DNA of 64,000 nt from an uncultured Bacteroidota bacterium. GTDB lineage: Bacteria > Bacteroidota > Bacteroidia > Bacteroidales > SZUA-534. The notes under the pieces were generated by a model. The model did no database searches. It worked only from the letters and a program-made list of their open reading frames with translations, and was not told the DNA's origin. The stretch spans positions 2,595-66,594 of the forward strand of contig CAMHPA010000010.1 in assembly GCA_946186925.1 (NCBI GenBank), written 5' to 3'. Each line of letters begins with the position of its first letter. Within the stretch, counting starts at the first letter, position 1. The position numbers and the translations under genes are program-made. Positions 1-8,174 of this stretch are shown in pieces.

Positions 1-2
1 AT

Positions 3-1130
3 GCTTTTAAAAACGACAGGCGTGTGTCGCGTGAGTCGGAGACTCTTGTTGGTGCAGGATTTGAGGTTGATCTTGTCGCAGTAAAGGATGATGGTTCGCC
101 CGAAAATGAGACTATCAATGGAGTAAATGTTCATCGGCTATTAAACACAGATATATACGATATTAAGAGATGGCGGTGTTTCAAGCGCTATGCACAAATG
201 ATTGTCGACAGATTCGAATTTGATATTATTCATGCCAACGATCAGGCAATGCTGCATCTTGGTAGTTGCATAAAAAAGATCAAGCCATCAATAATACTTG
301 TTTATGATTCTCACGAATTGTTTCATTCTTGGCCGTTGAATGCTTCGAACTTCAATAGTATTCCTATTATGCTGAAATCTTATGTTGTGAGAAACCTGCA
401 GATAAGGCGGGAAAGAAGGAATGGCAAGTATATCGACCAGATTATCACTGTCAACAATTCGTTGGCGACAGATTTGCAGCGGTATATGAAAGCAAAACGG
501 AAGGTGTGTGTGGTACGCAATATTCCGGAAAAGTGTAGCGCGGTTGAGAAAACAGATATTCTGCGCAAAGAATTTGATATTCCACAGTCAACTAAGATTC
601 TTGTTTTTATTGGAGCCAACATATATGCTCGTACACTAAACCTCGAGCAGGTAATCGACGAGATTGCCAACGTTCCCGATCTGGCTTTGGTCTTTATTTG
701 TGGTGAAAACAAGAATGCCGAGCCAATACATGAATATGTTAAGTCTAAGAATGTTGGAAATGTTTTTTTTCATGGACTTATTCCTCCAAGCGACATTCCT
801 AAATTCTTGTCATCTGCCGATGTTGGGCTTGTGCCCACTTGGAATAAGAATGATATGTCGTATTGGTATGCACTTGATAATAAATTGTTTGAATATATAA
901 ATGCGGGCATACCTGTGCTTGCCACCCAGCAACCGGAATACCAAAACATTATTGAAAACTATAATTGTGGTGTATGTGTGAATCCGGACAAAAAAGGGGC
1001 TTATTTGGATGGGTTCAATATCATATTGGACCATTATGCAGAGTTGCAGGCGAAAGTTAAAGCCGCTGCAGAAGTTTTGACTTGGGAGAATGAGCAAAAA
1101 AAACTTGTTGAACTTTATAAATCATTGTAA
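3..1130 (+). CDS. glycosyltransferase, GT4/group-1 type (5' end cut by window edge)
   Basis: The frame stays open back to nt 3, so the GTG at 24 is probably not the real start. The N-terminus RESETLVGAGFEVDLVAV resembles the region about 25 aa into GT4 enzymes. The C-terminal GT-B half carries SADVGLVP...NKLFEYINAGIPVLAT. The stop overlaps the next start (TAATG 1128-1132). Confidence 0.75.
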   Translation, partial: AFKNDRRVSRESETLVGAGFEVDLVAVKDDGSPENETINGVNVHRLLNTDIYDIKRWRCFKRYAQMIVDRFEFDIIHANDQAMLHLGSCIKKIKPSIILVYDSHELFHSWPLNASNFNSIPIMLKSYVVRNLQIRRERRNGKYIDQIITVNNSLATDLQRYMKAKRKVCVVRNIPEKCSAVEKTDILRKEFDIPQSTKILVFIGANIYARTLNLEQVIDEIANVPDLALVFICGENKNAEPIHEYVKSKNVGNVFFHGLIPPSDIPKFLSSADVGLVPTWNKNDMSYWYALDNKLFEYINAGIPVLATQQPEYQNIIENYNCGVCVNPDKKGAYLDGFNIILDHYAELQAKVKAAAEVLTWENEQKKLVELYKSL

Positions 1131-1810
1131 TGACCAAAATATGCGCCATACATCAACCCAATTTTTTCCCATGGTTAGGATATTTCTACAAAATCGCGAA
1201 ATCTGATGTTTTCGTAATTTTGGACACAGTGGATATAGAAGTTGGAACGGCAAGTGCTATAACTAATAGAACAAGAATAAAAACATCAACGGGTGTTCAA
1301 TGGATTACGATCCCAATTAAGAAAGGCAGTAGTAAAGTGATTAAAGACATTGTTATCGACAATACAAAACGTTGGCGGGAGACAATGTTAAAAACTATAT
1401 ACCTACAATACAAAAAGTCGCAGAATTTCGAACAGTTTTATCCAGTGGTTGAGGACTTGTTAAATTATCAGACCGATAATCTGTCGGAGTATAATGTGCA
1501 TATAATAGAAAGTATATCAAGGTTTATGGGCATTAAAACAAATATCGTTATTGCTTCGGAAATGAAGGATTTGTCCAATGACCGTAATATGCGGCTTATT
1601 GATATTTGCCGGCAGAACGGATGCGAAACGTATTTGTCGGGCAATGGGGGACGCAAATACCACGATGAGCGGTTATTCGCAGAAAATGGTATTAATGTTA
1701 AATATACCGATTTTATTCACCCAGAATACAAACAACTGCATGGTGAATTTGCCCAAGGTCTGAGCGTAATGGACTATATTTTTAATGACGGCTCTGAATT
1801 ATGGAAGTAG
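1130..1810 (+). CDS. WbqC-family protein (polysaccharide-locus protein of unknown biochemistry)
   Basis: The N-terminus ICAIHQPNFFPWLGYFYKIAKSDVFVILD is the hallmark WbqC-like start. The gene overlaps both neighbours (1-nt and 10-nt overlaps). Confidence 0.75.
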   Translation: MTKICAIHQPNFFPWLGYFYKIAKSDVFVILDTVDIEVGTASAITNRTRIKTSTGVQWITIPIKKGSSKVIKDIVIDNTKRWRETMLKTIYLQYKKSQNFEQFYPVVEDLLNYQTDNLSEYNVHIIESISRFMGIKTNIVIASEMKDLSNDRNMRLIDICRQNGCETYLSGNGGRKYHDERLFAENGINVKYTDFIHPEYKQLHGEFAQGLSVMDYIFNDGSELWK

Positions 1811-2850
1811 TTGTAACATACGATAATCCGCGAAATGTGGATGAGTGGAATGCATTGTGCAAGGAGTGTGGAAATTATTTGCAGACCACTATGCGTTCCG
1901 AATTATCAAAATTTTATGGGCAACGCCAAGTATATTTCGAAGTTGTTGATAATGTTCGGATTGTTGGTGGGGTGAAACTGGAGATATGGCAGAGTAAAAA
2001 AATAGGTTTTTTGATACCAAAAATATCAAAATCTCTGTCACAATTTGGTGAATACATTTTGAGGTGTGATTGTGAAAAAACAGATGTCGTGGTTCGCTTG
2101 TTGAATCAGCGAATTGCAGAATATGTGAATGAGGAAAGAATCGTTACGTTTTCTGTTAAAGGTTTTTATTCCTCTGAGTACATATCGACGAATCATTCTT
2201 TGTTATATGAAGATTCCGGCAGAAAGGTGTTTTCTCAAGTTGATTTTGATGTTGCATATATCGACTTGACTAAAAGCATTGCTGATATATATGCTGGGAT
2301 GCATATGAAGCATCGAAATATGATAAGTAAGGCAAAAAGACAAGGATTGGATTTCGAGAAAATAGATTGTGATCCACAAATAATGAATATGATGCTGTCT
2401 GAAACATATTCTGTGCAAAACAAAAAATCACCTAATCGTCAGTATATCGAGAAGGAAATTGATGTGGGGAGAAAAAGTGGTATCAGCAGAATGTATGTGT
2501 GCCGTATGGGCGATGTAATATTATCCTGTGCGCTGGTAAATGTTTATGGGAAAACTGCAGATTATTCTTTTGGGGGAAACAGAAAGAACGATTGTGGTGC
2601 CGGACAATATTTACAATATAATATATGTAATGATTTGAAAAGAAGTGGTGTTGAATGGTATTCTTTAGGACAGGTTGCAAAAACTATTGATGAGAACAAC
2701 CTAAAATTCTCAGAAGGAATTACACGATTCAAAATGAGATTTGGTTGTAAACGTTATCCAAGTAAAAAAGTTTTATATGTTTTTTCCCCAGTAAAATATT
2801 GGGTTTGGAGAACCTTGTGTAAGATATTTATTGGTGATTGTAGAAACTAG
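1801..2850 (+). CDS. FemAB-like / GNAT-fold peptidyl(aminoacyl)transferase family protein
   Basis: 349 aa, with a FemAB-like C-terminal half (YVCRMGDVILSCALVNVYGKTADYSFGGN...GAGQYLQYNICNDLKRSGVEWYSLG). It is translationally coupled to the WbqC gene. Confidence 0.55.
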   Translation: MEVVVTYDNPRNVDEWNALCKECGNYLQTTMRSELSKFYGQRQVYFEVVDNVRIVGGVKLEIWQSKKIGFLIPKISKSLSQFGEYILRCDCEKTDVVVRLLNQRIAEYVNEERIVTFSVKGFYSSEYISTNHSLLYEDSGRKVFSQVDFDVAYIDLTKSIADIYAGMHMKHRNMISKAKRQGLDFEKIDCDPQIMNMMLSETYSVQNKKSPNRQYIEKEIDVGRKSGISRMYVCRMGDVILSCALVNVYGKTADYSFGGNRKNDCGAGQYLQYNICNDLKRSGVEWYSLGQVAKTIDENNLKFSEGITRFKMRFGCKRYPSKKVLYVFSPVKYWVWRTLCKIFIGDCRN

Positions 2851-3026
2851 AACATGTAACAATATGCTATCTTTATTTCGAAAAGTACGAAAACCTAGTC
2901 TTAAAGATGACTTTTCATAAAGCGTAGAGCTGCATTTTGCGATAAATATTGAAATCGAATCATACATATTGTCAAACAAAATGATTCGGAGCGATTATTT
3001 TAGGCGAATCGTAGAGTGAGTGATAG

Positions 3027-3188
3027 TTTTGGCGTAACGTTAGATGTTGTGAATTGTTCAATTAAGGAATGATTTTAGCGTAAAATTTGGAGTTATAGTC
3101 CTAATTTTAGCGTAAAATTTATACCTATACTACCAAATATTAGCGTAAATTTTGGTAGTATAATGCAAGATTTTGGCGTAAAATTTGG
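3027..3188 (+). repeat. five direct copies of TTTTRGCGTAAAATTT(GG), spaced about 32-33 nt (first gap 46)
   Basis: The GCGTAA cores lie at 3032, 3078, 3110, 3143 and 3176. More degenerate copies are at about 2933 (ttttgcgataaatatt) and about 2996 (ttttaggcgaatcg). The array ends 20 nt upstream of the -7 box of the ATPase gene. Confidence 0.8.
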
Positions 3189-3207
3189 AAGTTGGTCTAT
3201 TACTTTG

Positions 3208-3215
3208 TATGTTTG
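3208..3215 (+). promoter_or_regulatory. Bacteroidetes -7 box TAtgTTTG
   Basis: Exact TAnnTTTG match, ending 18 nt upstream of the ATG at 3233. Confidence 0.45.
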
Positions 3216-3232
3216 CAAAAAAATAAGGAACT

Positions 3233-4492
3233 ATGAAACAGGTGATTGACAGGCAAATGTTACAAGGAATACAAGACATTCTGTCGTCTTCGTTAGGCAG
3301 AATCGTTGTTTTTACAGGAGCGAGACAAGTTGGAAAGACCACGTTTGTGAAACGCTATTTCCCTAAATACGAGTACATTTCGGTTGAGGACCCTGTGGCA
3401 AGTTCAGAGTACGGGCAGTTGACTGCCGATATGTGGCACGCTGCCTATCCGATGGCTATTCTCGACGAAGTTCAGAAAATGCCGCAACTTGTCGAGAGCG
3501 TGAAAGCAACCTACGACAAGTTCGACGATGTGCGGTATATTCTTCTGGGTTCGAGCCAGATACTATTGCTTAACAAAGTAAAGGAGAGCCTGGCAGGGCG
3601 ATGCTCAATTTTTTCGCTTTATCCACTCACGTTGCCAGAGTTGATTACGCAAGGCACCGACAATGCCGTGCAAATGTCGCCGTTTCAGCAGATTATAAAA
3701 AACGGAATGGCGGATGTGATGTTTATGCCGTCGTTTCTGTTCGATAAGAATTATGCCGTCAAAATGCAGCAGTGGCAGTATTACCTTCGGTTTGGCGGGT
3801 ATCCAAAACTGACCGACAGGCAGTTGACCGACAATTTGCGCTACGAGTGGCTGTCGGATTATGTGCGCACCTATTTAGAGCGCGATGTCCGCGACCTTGC
3901 AATGATTCGTGACCTTGAGCCGTATGTGAAACTACAGCAGGCATTGGCTGCCGACACGGGGCAGATTCTGAACGAGACGTCGCTGTCGAAAGAGATTGGC
4001 GTAACCACCAAAACGGTTAAGAACTATTTGCAATACTTGTCGTTGAGTTATCAGACGCTAATCCTTCCCGCGTGGAGCAGAAACATTAACAAGCGATTGG
4101 TGAAAGCGCCCAAAATCCACTATCTAGACAATGGCGTGGTTCAGGCGGTTTTGAAAAAACGTGGCGGATTGACAGGCGGCGAGTTCGAGAGTGCCGTTGT
4201 TTCTGAGATTTACAAGCAAGTGAACAACATTCGTGCTCGCGTGAATTTTTATTATTTGCGCACCCACGACGGCAAAGAGGTTGACTTACTGATAGAGACG
4301 CAGGATGGCTATTACGCTTTCGAGATAAAGATGGCGGAGCACGTCTCGGCCACCGACGCCCGCCATTTGCGTAACTTGCAGGAGTTTCTCGACAAGCCGC
4401 TGCTGCACTCGTTCCTGCTTTCGAATGACAACCAGACGCACCATTTTTCGGATTCAATAACCGCGGTTAGCACCGCATATTTCTTAGGCTGA
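3233..4492 (+). CDS. orphan P-loop ATPase, AAA_14 + DUF4143 type
   Basis: Walker A is VVFTGARQVGKTT and Walker B-like is AILDEVQKMPQL. The C-terminal DUF4143-like segment reads LSKEIGVTTKTVKNYLQYLSLSYQ...PKIHYLDNGV. Confidence 0.8.
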   Translation: MKQVIDRQMLQGIQDILSSSLGRIVVFTGARQVGKTTFVKRYFPKYEYISVEDPVASSEYGQLTADMWHAAYPMAILDEVQKMPQLVESVKATYDKFDDVRYILLGSSQILLLNKVKESLAGRCSIFSLYPLTLPELITQGTDNAVQMSPFQQIIKNGMADVMFMPSFLFDKNYAVKMQQWQYYLRFGGYPKLTDRQLTDNLRYEWLSDYVRTYLERDVRDLAMIRDLEPYVKLQQALAADTGQILNETSLSKEIGVTTKTVKNYLQYLSLSYQTLILPAWSRNINKRLVKAPKIHYLDNGVVQAVLKKRGGLTGGEFESAVVSEIYKQVNNIRARVNFYYLRTHDGKEVDLLIETQDGYYAFEIKMAEHVSATDARHLRNLQEFLDKPLLHSFLLSNDNQTHHFSDSITAVSTAYFLG

Positions 4493-4615
4493 TTCCGACA
4501 AGATTAAATATAAATTACAATGGGGCTATATGGTTAATGGCTGAATTATATTTGATTATTGTGCCGAAGTGTGGATTTTTGTCGAAAACATGGTGCATTT
4601 TCCACTGCGCGCCTT

Positions 4616-4623
4616 TATTTTTG
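4616..4623 (+). promoter_or_regulatory. Bacteroidetes -7 box TAttTTTG
   Basis: Exact TAnnTTTG match, ending 18 nt upstream of the ATG at 4641. Confidence 0.4.
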
Positions 4624-4640
4624 CAACACATTGAAAAACG

Positions 4641-5639
4641 ATGAAACGTTACTTGATAATCCGGCTCAGTTCCATTGGCGACATTGTGCTCACAACGCCT
4701 GTTGTGCGGTGCCTGAAGGCGCGTTGCGACGCGGGCGACGAAGTGCATTTTCTCACCAAACCGCAGTTTGCGGGTATTCTTGAAAGCAATCCTAATGTGG
4801 ATAAAGTGCTGACTCTCAAGCCGCGGCTGATCGACACCATAAAGGAAATCCGCGCCGGCGGCTACGACTGCATCATCGACCTGCACCACAACCTGCGGTC
4901 GTTCACAATCAAGCGGCTGACGGGTGTGAAATCGTACTCGTTCAACAAAATCAACGTGCGCAAATGGCTGTTGGTCCATCTGAAAATCAATGTTATGCCA
5001 GATGTGCACATTGTCGACCGCTATTTTGGCGCTGTGGCGCGATTGGGCATTGTGAACGACCATCAGGGACTCGATTTCTTTGTGCCGAAAGAGCTCGATG
5101 ATTATCCAAAAACCATTCTGCCTGAGCAGTTTAAACAAGGCTACGTTTGCGCCGTCATCGGGGCAACGCACCCCACAAAACAGATTCCGCCCGACAAAAT
5201 GGTGCAGATTCTAAACCTTGCGCAGATGCCGGTGTGCCTGATTGGCGGCAAAGATGTGCTCGAAAGCGCAGCCACCATCGAGCAGGGGCTGACAGTTCCG
5301 TGCTACAACGGCGTGGGGCAGTTCAGCCTGAACCAATCGGCGGCCATTGTGCGCGATGCCGAAGTGGTGCTCACGCCCGACACCGGAATGATGCACATTG
5401 CGGCGGCTTTCGGCAAGCGGATTGTATCGCTTTGGGGCAACACCGTGCCCAAATTGGGAATGTACCCCTATTTGGCCGATGCCGATTCTAAAATATTCGA
5501 GACCAAAGGTTTGCGGTGCCGTCCGTGCTCAAAAATCGGCTACAAGAAATGTCCGAAAGGGCACTTCAAATGTATGAATATGCTCAATGCCGACGAAGTG
5601 GCCGCCGCCATCCGCAAGACGACCACCAACAATCACTAA
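4641..5639 (+). CDS. glycosyltransferase family 9 (heptosyltransferase-like)
   Basis: The N-terminus MKRYLIIRLSSIGDIVLTTPVVRCLK and the later TPDTGMMHIAAAFGKRIVSLWG are classic GT9 motifs. Confidence 0.85.
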   Translation: MKRYLIIRLSSIGDIVLTTPVVRCLKARCDAGDEVHFLTKPQFAGILESNPNVDKVLTLKPRLIDTIKEIRAGGYDCIIDLHHNLRSFTIKRLTGVKSYSFNKINVRKWLLVHLKINVMPDVHIVDRYFGAVARLGIVNDHQGLDFFVPKELDDYPKTILPEQFKQGYVCAVIGATHPTKQIPPDKMVQILNLAQMPVCLIGGKDVLESAATIEQGLTVPCYNGVGQFSLNQSAAIVRDAEVVLTPDTGMMHIAAAFGKRIVSLWGNTVPKLGMYPYLADADSKIFETKGLRCRPCSKIGYKKCPKGHFKCMNMLNADEVAAAIRKTTTNNH

Positions 5640-5670
5640 TTCAATCATTCAGTCATTCAATTAATCAGTT

Positions 5671-6951
5671 ATGCAGACGGTTTTTGGAACAGAATTCAGT
5701 CGCGACGACATTGAGATTATGGCGCCGGTGGGCTCTTACGAGTCGCTTGCGGCGGCCATTCAGGCGGGTGCAAACTCAATCTATTTCGGTGTCGAGAACC
5801 TGAATATGCGGTCGCACTCGGCAAACAATTTCACCATCGGCGACCTGCACCGCATTGTGGGCATCTGCAAGGAACACGGCCTGAAATCGTACCTGACGGT
5901 GAACACCATCATCTACGACACTGAACTCGACCTAATGCGCAGCATTGTTGACGCCGCGGCCGAAGCCGGACTGACGGCTATCATCGCCTGCGACCTGTCG
6001 GTACTGCAGTACGCACGCTCGAAAGGCGTTGAAGTGCACGCATCTACACAGCTGAATATCACCAATATAGAAGCCGTGCGGTTTTTTGCGCAGTTCTGCG
6101 ATGTGGTGGTTACCGCCCGCGAGCTGAACCTTGACCAAGTGGCCGCCATTGCCCGCGCCATCAGCGAGCAGAATATTCGCGGACCGAAGGGCGAACTTGT
6201 TCAGATTGAAGTGTTTGCACACGGTGCGCTTTGTATGGCCATTTCCGGAAAATGCTATTTGAGTCTGCACCAATACGGGCGTTCGGCCAATCGCGGACAA
6301 TGCTTCCAACCGTGCCGCCGCGGCTACGAAGTCACCGACTGCGAGACCGGTCAGCAGCTGCTCATCGACGACAAATACATTATGTCGCCCAAAGACCTGT
6401 GCACCCTGCCGTTCCTAGACCGCGTGCTACGTGCCGGCGTGCGAGTGCTCAAAATCGAAGGCCGTGCCCGCGGGGCGGAATATGTGAAAACGGTGGTCGA
6501 AAGCTACCGCCGCGCCATTGATGCAATTTGCGACGGAACGTTCAGTCAACAAATTATCGATGAGCAAGTTAATCGACTCAAAACCGTGTTCAACCGCGGA
6601 TTTTGGGACGGCTACTATTTAGGTCGGCGATTGGGCGAGTGGTCGGGCGTGTACGGCTCAAAGGCCACCAAACGCAAGGAATACGTGGGCCGTTGCACCA
6701 ATTTCTTCACAAAGCTGAATGTTGCCGAGATAACGCTCGAGAGCGGCTCGCTGCACACCGGCGACCAACTGCTCATAATGGGCGAGACAACAGGCGTTTA
6801 TGAGCATATAATCAGCGAGATGCGTGTGGATTTGAAACCCGTGGACGAAGCCGTCAAAGGGCAGGCGCTGTCGATTGCCGTAACCGACATTGTCCGCCGC
6901 GGCGACCGGGTTTACAAACTTGTTGATGCGCAGCCTGGGTTGATGGAATAG
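5671..6951 (+). CDS. peptidase U32 family protein
   Basis: The N-terminal EIMAPVGSYESLAAAIQAGANSIYFG, the Cys cluster CMAISGKCYLS...CFQPCRR and the motif LKIEGRAR are all typical of U32 proteins. Confidence 0.85.
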   Translation: MQTVFGTEFSRDDIEIMAPVGSYESLAAAIQAGANSIYFGVENLNMRSHSANNFTIGDLHRIVGICKEHGLKSYLTVNTIIYDTELDLMRSIVDAAAEAGLTAIIACDLSVLQYARSKGVEVHASTQLNITNIEAVRFFAQFCDVVVTARELNLDQVAAIARAISEQNIRGPKGELVQIEVFAHGALCMAISGKCYLSLHQYGRSANRGQCFQPCRRGYEVTDCETGQQLLIDDKYIMSPKDLCTLPFLDRVLRAGVRVLKIEGRARGAEYVKTVVESYRRAIDAICDGTFSQQIIDEQVNRLKTVFNRGFWDGYYLGRRLGEWSGVYGSKATKRKEYVGRCTNFFTKLNVAEITLESGSLHTGDQLLIMGETTGVYEHIISEMRVDLKPVDEAVKGQALSIAVTDIVRRGDRVYKLVDAQPGLME

Positions 6952-6964
6952 GAAATGGCGACTT

Positions 6965-8092
6965 TTAATATGTCGCTTCCAACCACCGCGAAAGAAACAC
7001 ATTATAAACCGAATAGCTGCGTTCGGTTGGGGTAATGGTTTCGAGCAAAAGTTCTTTGTCGGTCAGCGATTCGAGGTTGCGGCGGGCGTTGGTGGCGCTG
7101 CCAATCTGATATTTCGCCAGAAAATCGGCCGACGTTACGCCCTGCACCGACTGCTCTTTGGCCACGGCAATGAGCATTCGCCATTGTTGGTCGGTTATCA
7201 GGTCGCGAATTTGCAGGAAATTCGATGATTCCTTCTCCAAAATCTCACGGCTTGCCTTGCGCGCCACATCAATGGAAACGGTTTTTGGTCGCCTTGCAAA
7301 TATTTCATTACAGAGTGATTGTGTGTAGAATGTGTGGCGGCGCGTCCATTCTAAAATGTAGTACATTGCCTCGTCGGTGACTGTTGCCGGCGCAAATTTC
7401 TCGCGAATGAAAGCCGAATATATGTCGGCATCAATCTTGCCGAGTGACAGCTGCCGTGTGCTTGAGTAAAAAGGCCTTGCCGCATCGGTAAATATCTGAG
7501 ACATAATTGATTTCTTGCTGCCGCAATAGATAAAGCTAATGTTGTGCATCTGTTGTGTGTAGGTTCGCAGCAGCGCCTCGACATTTTTTTCGGGATATTC
7601 TGTTATTTGCTGAAACTCATCGATTGCAAGCACCACGCGTTTTTTCTGCGAATTAAGGAAATCGAAAAGACCTTTGAGCGTGTATTCCTGCTCGTTTGGC
7701 GAGACAAAGTTGAACCCCACCTGCGGCAAACCACTTGCAGGGTCGTAACTGATTGTTGGCCTATAGCCTTTGAGCAGCGTCATAAACTTGCTGCCGATAC
7801 TGGTTTTCTCGGGAAACTCGGCAAGAATGGCTTCCGACAATGTTTTTATGAAGTCTTTCAGCGAGAGTGTGGCGAAAATGTCAACATAAATAGGTGTTAA
7901 CGGTAGTTTTTCTTCCGAAATTTTATAAAAAGTATGCAAAATCAGCCCTGTTTTTCCCATTTTTCGGGGAGAAATCAGCGTTGTGTCCAGTCCATTTTGT
8001 ATGTTTGATAACAATGTTTTGGTCTCATTTTCTCTATCGCAGAATAATTCTGGCGAGATGTAACCCTTTGCTAAAAACGGATTTGCATTCAT
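6965..8092 (-). CDS. orphan P-loop ATPase (archaeal-ATPase-like, PF01637/DUF234 type)
   Basis: FCDRENETKTLLSNIQNG precedes Walker A SPRKMGKTGLI. Walker B is VLAIDEFQQI, and there is a C-terminal winged-helix-like tail. Confidence 0.7.
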   Translation of the reverse strand: MNANPFLAKGYISPELFCDRENETKTLLSNIQNGLDTTLISPRKMGKTGLILHTFYKISEEKLPLTPIYVDIFATLSLKDFIKTLSEAILAEFPEKTSIGSKFMTLLKGYRPTISYDPASGLPQVGFNFVSPNEQEYTLKGLFDFLNSQKKRVVLAIDEFQQITEYPEKNVEALLRTYTQQMHNISFIYCGSKKSIMSQIFTDAARPFYSSTRQLSLGKIDADIYSAFIREKFAPATVTDEAMYYILEWTRRHTFYTQSLCNEIFARRPKTVSIDVARKASREILEKESSNFLQIRDLITDQQWRMLIAVAKEQSVQGVTSADFLAKYQIGSATNARRNLESLTDKELLLETITPTERSYSVYNVFLSRWLEATY

Positions 8093-8108
8093 AATTCAAA
8101 TGTTTTTG

Positions 8109-8116
8109 CAAATGTA
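8109..8116 (-). promoter_or_regulatory. Bacteroidetes -7 box TAcaTTTG (minus strand)
   Basis: The plus-strand caaatgta is an exact TAnnTTTG on the minus strand, about 17 nt upstream of the ATG at 8092. Confidence 0.45.
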
Positions 8117-8133
8117 AACATTTATTTTTGAAA

Positions 8134-8174
8134 ACCTATTTTAGGTTACCTATTTTAGGCAACCTATTTTAGGC
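8134..8174 (-). repeat. three tandem 14-nt units ACCTATTTTAGGYW, each an inverted repeat CCTA-N3-TAGG
   Basis: The CCTATTTTAGG cores lie at 8135-8145, 8149-8159 and 8163-8173. They sit 42-82 nt upstream of the ATPase start. The third unit overlaps the stop codon (8169-8171) of the upstream glycosyltransferase. Confidence 0.85.

Noticed and set aside
3027-3188. Regularly spaced short repeats that superficially resemble a small CRISPR array. The same applies to the arrays at 8134-8174 and 56104-56236.
   Set aside because: - The repeat units are only about 14-18 nt, AT-rich and degenerate.
- The 'spacers' are about 16 nt or absent.
- There are no cas genes in the window.
- The arrays sit exactly at promoter positions of downstream genes.

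I interpret them as regulatory repeats instead.
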